Shown in pieces: positions 61,164 through 64,000 of a DNA stretch of 64,000 nt. A program made the translations under genes and the position numbers. The notes under the pieces are model-generated. The model was not told where the DNA came from, did not search any database, and was given only the letters and a program-made list of their open reading frames with translations. Source of the DNA: Asterias rubens (taxonomy: Eukaryota); the NCBI RefSeq assembly GCF_902459465.1, contig NC_047075.1, positions 4,464,001-4,528,000 on the forward strand. Reading direction: 5' to 3'. How positions within the stretch are numbered: position 1 is the stretch's first letter; each line of letters begins with the position of its first letter.

Positions 61164-63631
61164 TCAGAATGGATAGAAGAAATCGTTGGCGAGCTTGTCC
61201 TCAAAGCCGGGGTCCTCGGCGAGGATGACCGCCGGTCCCGTTGAGGCATCGATGAAAGAAACAGAGGAGACGACTTCAAACTGCTGGAGGAGGGTGTCGG
61301 GACCGGTCTGGCAGAAGGCACCTGAACACTGTAAAGCAAGGAGGATAATTCTGACCTTTATCTTGATTGAATAATTAATAATAATGATATTGTAAGTAAT
61401 AATACAGCTTTCTACTATCGTTATCTTCAAACAGTGTAAGTTTAATGTAAATTTGTGGACATAATAATAAAAATAATAATAATAATGACATTTATACCGC
61501 GCATTTCCCATACAAATATGATCAAAAGTGCCTTACAATAAAAATTAGACGATAAACTAAAACAATGACATAGTAAACACCCATTAAAACAAAAATAGCT
61601 AAGTAAAAATATGTAATAGAAAATCCACCTTAAAAACGGGAAGTAAACATTATAAAAAATCCAGCTGGACCAGCCAGAAAACATGAACCAGTTAAACATT
61701 AAAAGTTTTAAGATGACTTTTAAAACCCTCAACCCTCTAAGCAAACGCATAAGTTTGTTTCATAGTCAGGGACCAGCTGCAGCAAAAGCTCTATCACCAA
61801 TAGCATTCTTTGTCACAGGAACCTGCAAAAAGCCTTAACATTTTGTTTTGTACAAACACTACCCAAATCCTTTAAACTCACCTTGTATCTGAGTGTCCTG
61901 CTCTCCGCATAGTTGTACCTGACCCCAAGGATCTTCGGTTGTGGGTTAGCTAGGGACCCAACATTGGCATAGATCACCTCAATATGAACACCCATTACCA
62001 TGTTGTTGCATGTCCCTTCAATAGTACTCTGAAAACAAAAAGTAAACAAATTAATGGCCTGGCTTGTTTTGCCCTAGCAGAGTCTTTCTGGAAGGCTAAA
62101 TTCGATTCGATTCAAGTCAATTCACATGTACTTCCGCTAACACATTTTCACAAATTACAGAACTACTTTGTAATGCACAAAAGACAGAATAAGAATAAAC
62201 TAGCGGGAAACCGCATGAAGGCAAGGCCCAAAATAAGCCAGGTAGCTTGTAGCGGCTTCCATTTACATAACAAATTCATTTATACAAAGGTGCATGCTTA
62301 GGACAATACAAAGACGAAACAAACAGACAGACGAACAAACTACTGGAGAAAATGACAATGACAAAGTATGCAAAAATGACAACACAACACACAGGAGCAG
62401 ACTGGTTACATGTGTATCTATGATAAGAGTTTAAAATAGACAATGAAGTGGAAATACATGAATAGAGAGAGAGAGAGAGAGTCGGAAAGCACCCCAAAAA
62501 AAGCAGTAAACGATGGAAAGGAAGACAAAGGGAGGAGGTGACTAAAAGTAATAGTTTACTATATCAAGTAAACCCTTGGGTGAAGAGAAGCAATTATAGT
62601 TGTTAATATTTATTCACAAAGATATTTACAAAATAGGGACACCGCCAACATAGGGCTAGATAGCTCAGTTGGTAGAGCGCCGGCACGTTAATCCGGAGGT
62701 AGTTGGTTCGAATCCCACTCTAGTCAATTCTTTGTTCAACCCCAACAATCATTTCAAAAATTTACCCAGTCAGTTTCCCTTGTGGTTTATATTGATACCT
62801 GAAACAAAAAGTCGCATCCCCTTAAGGTAATCCCCTCGCTGCCACTTCCCAGGTTGTATCGTAATTTGGGTGTGATCCCTGGCTACACGGCAATTAATGG
62901 TTGTATGGCTTCTGACTGGCACCCCCGAACAAAGATATTGACAAAATAGGGACACCGCCAACATATGGCTAGATTGCTCAGTTGGTAGAGCGCTGGCATC
63001 CGGAGGTCGTTGGTTCGAATCCCACTCTAGTCAAATCTTTGTTCAACCCCAAATATTATTATTCTCATCATTGTTGTCTTCATCATTTCTGTCTTTGATC
63101 TAATTGTCTGTCCGTTCATTCTTGTCCCTGTTTATTTTATGTTTGTCTGTCCCCAGGCATCTCAACATAAGCCTCGCCTTCCAGATGATGCCTCAATCCT
63201 TTTTTTATTTATTTTTCTCTGCCTCGTTATATAGCATTTTTTATTTATAACTCCTTTGAAAATTAACGAGTACTGTTTTCATGAAATATGGAAAAAAAGT
63301 GTCCGTTTGAATGAATGAAATGAAAAGCATCTTGCTCGAGGACACAAGTGCCACAACCAGGATTCGAGCCCACTACACTCCGATAACTTATCCACCAGAA
63401 CTTTAATTTGTTGCTCCACTCAGCCATGACACCCTGGTATAAGTTTCTACCTAGCAACTTACTGATGGGCCCCCTACGATGTCCTCTACAATTATTGGAA
63501 CCCAGTCGCCGACGTTCTCAACGTCAGAGTTGCCGAATGTAGCCACATACTCGCGCATGACACCATTCAGGGCGTTGAGGGCAGCAGACTGAATCACAGA
63601 GCAACTGTCAGCAGTGTCACTGTAGGTTACC
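61164..63631 (-). CDS. TCTN1: Tectonic family protein (TCTN1-like), last three exons; upstream exons lie beyond the window
   Basis: Exons 63631-63463, 62028-61882, 61328-61164, phase-consistent. Motifs YVATFGNS...DWVPI, YANVGSLANPQPKILGV, VVSSVSFID and C-terminal DFFYPF-stop. Ending at this motif resembles TCTN1 more than TCTN2/3. Confidence 0.85.
62654..62726 (+). other. tRNA-like cloverleaf (GTT in anticodon position) inside a repeat; probably SINE-like or a pseudogene
   Basis: 7-bp acceptor stem ggctaga/tctagtc and A/B boxes, but a mismatched anticodon stem. Degenerate copy at 62967-63033 and a partial copy at about 32614 share the same 5' flank. Confidence 0.5.
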
Positions 63632-63779
63632 CTGGTGTAAAAAAACAAAAACCTATCACACTGGATACTGATTTCCTGTAAGGTACTTCTAGGACAGTGA
63701 ATGGGTCTACTCAATCCTCAAACTGGACCAAATTTCACAGAGCGTTAGAGGCCGCAAACTGATTGTATCAAAATGACCA

Positions 63780-64000
63780 AAGAACTAGCACTTTTAAAAC
63801 TAGCACCTTTACAACTATCACTTTTAAAACAAGCACATTTAACACAAGCACTTTTAAAACCTCACTTTTAAAACTAGCTCTTTTCAAACTAGCACCTTTA
63901 CAACTACCACTTTTCAAAAAAGCACTTTCAAACTTAGCTCTTTTCAAACTAGCACTTTTGAAACTAACACTTTTAAAATAGAACCTTTAAAACTAGAATT
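63780..64000. repeat. Degenerate ~15-bp tandem repeat in a tectonic intron
   Basis: Repeated variants of aaactagcactttt. Confidence 0.85.

Noticed and set aside
62654-62726. Functional tRNA-Asn gene
   Set aside because: Mismatched anticodon stem and degenerate repeated copies point to a repeat-borne tRNA derivative.

Overview
This is AT-rich, repeat-dense eukaryotic DNA with spliceosomal introns. It is probably a marine invertebrate and I infer an echinoderm, without proof. Protein-coding content: (1) three tandem genes with uninterrupted ORFs on + at 1.7-7.5 kb, each signal peptide + PAN/apple-like domain + fibrinogen C-terminal domain (FReD); (2) a giant minus-strand gene that I traced by hand through 25 phase-consistent coding exons from 53139 to 11958 (9459 nt, at least 3153 codons). 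It encodes a secreted, heavily N-glycosylated protein of five paired beta-rich repeat modules interrupted by Cys-rich inserts, with an EGF-like unit and a WSC domain. It probably continues past the left edge, which would place the FReD cluster inside one of its introns; (3) a complete 6-exon C1orf131-like gene on +, head-to-head with the giant gene; (4) the last three exons of a tectonic (TCTN1-like) gene on -. Introns are packed with TTAA-target MITEs, 8-bp-TSD hAT-type MITEs, tRNA-derived SINEs, Penelope-like fragments with hammerhead motifs, and minisatellites. Three intronic tandem arrays in the giant gene copy its own exon edges with their splice sites, and a fourth starts inside a donor site. 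Exon models were read manually and have no transcript support.
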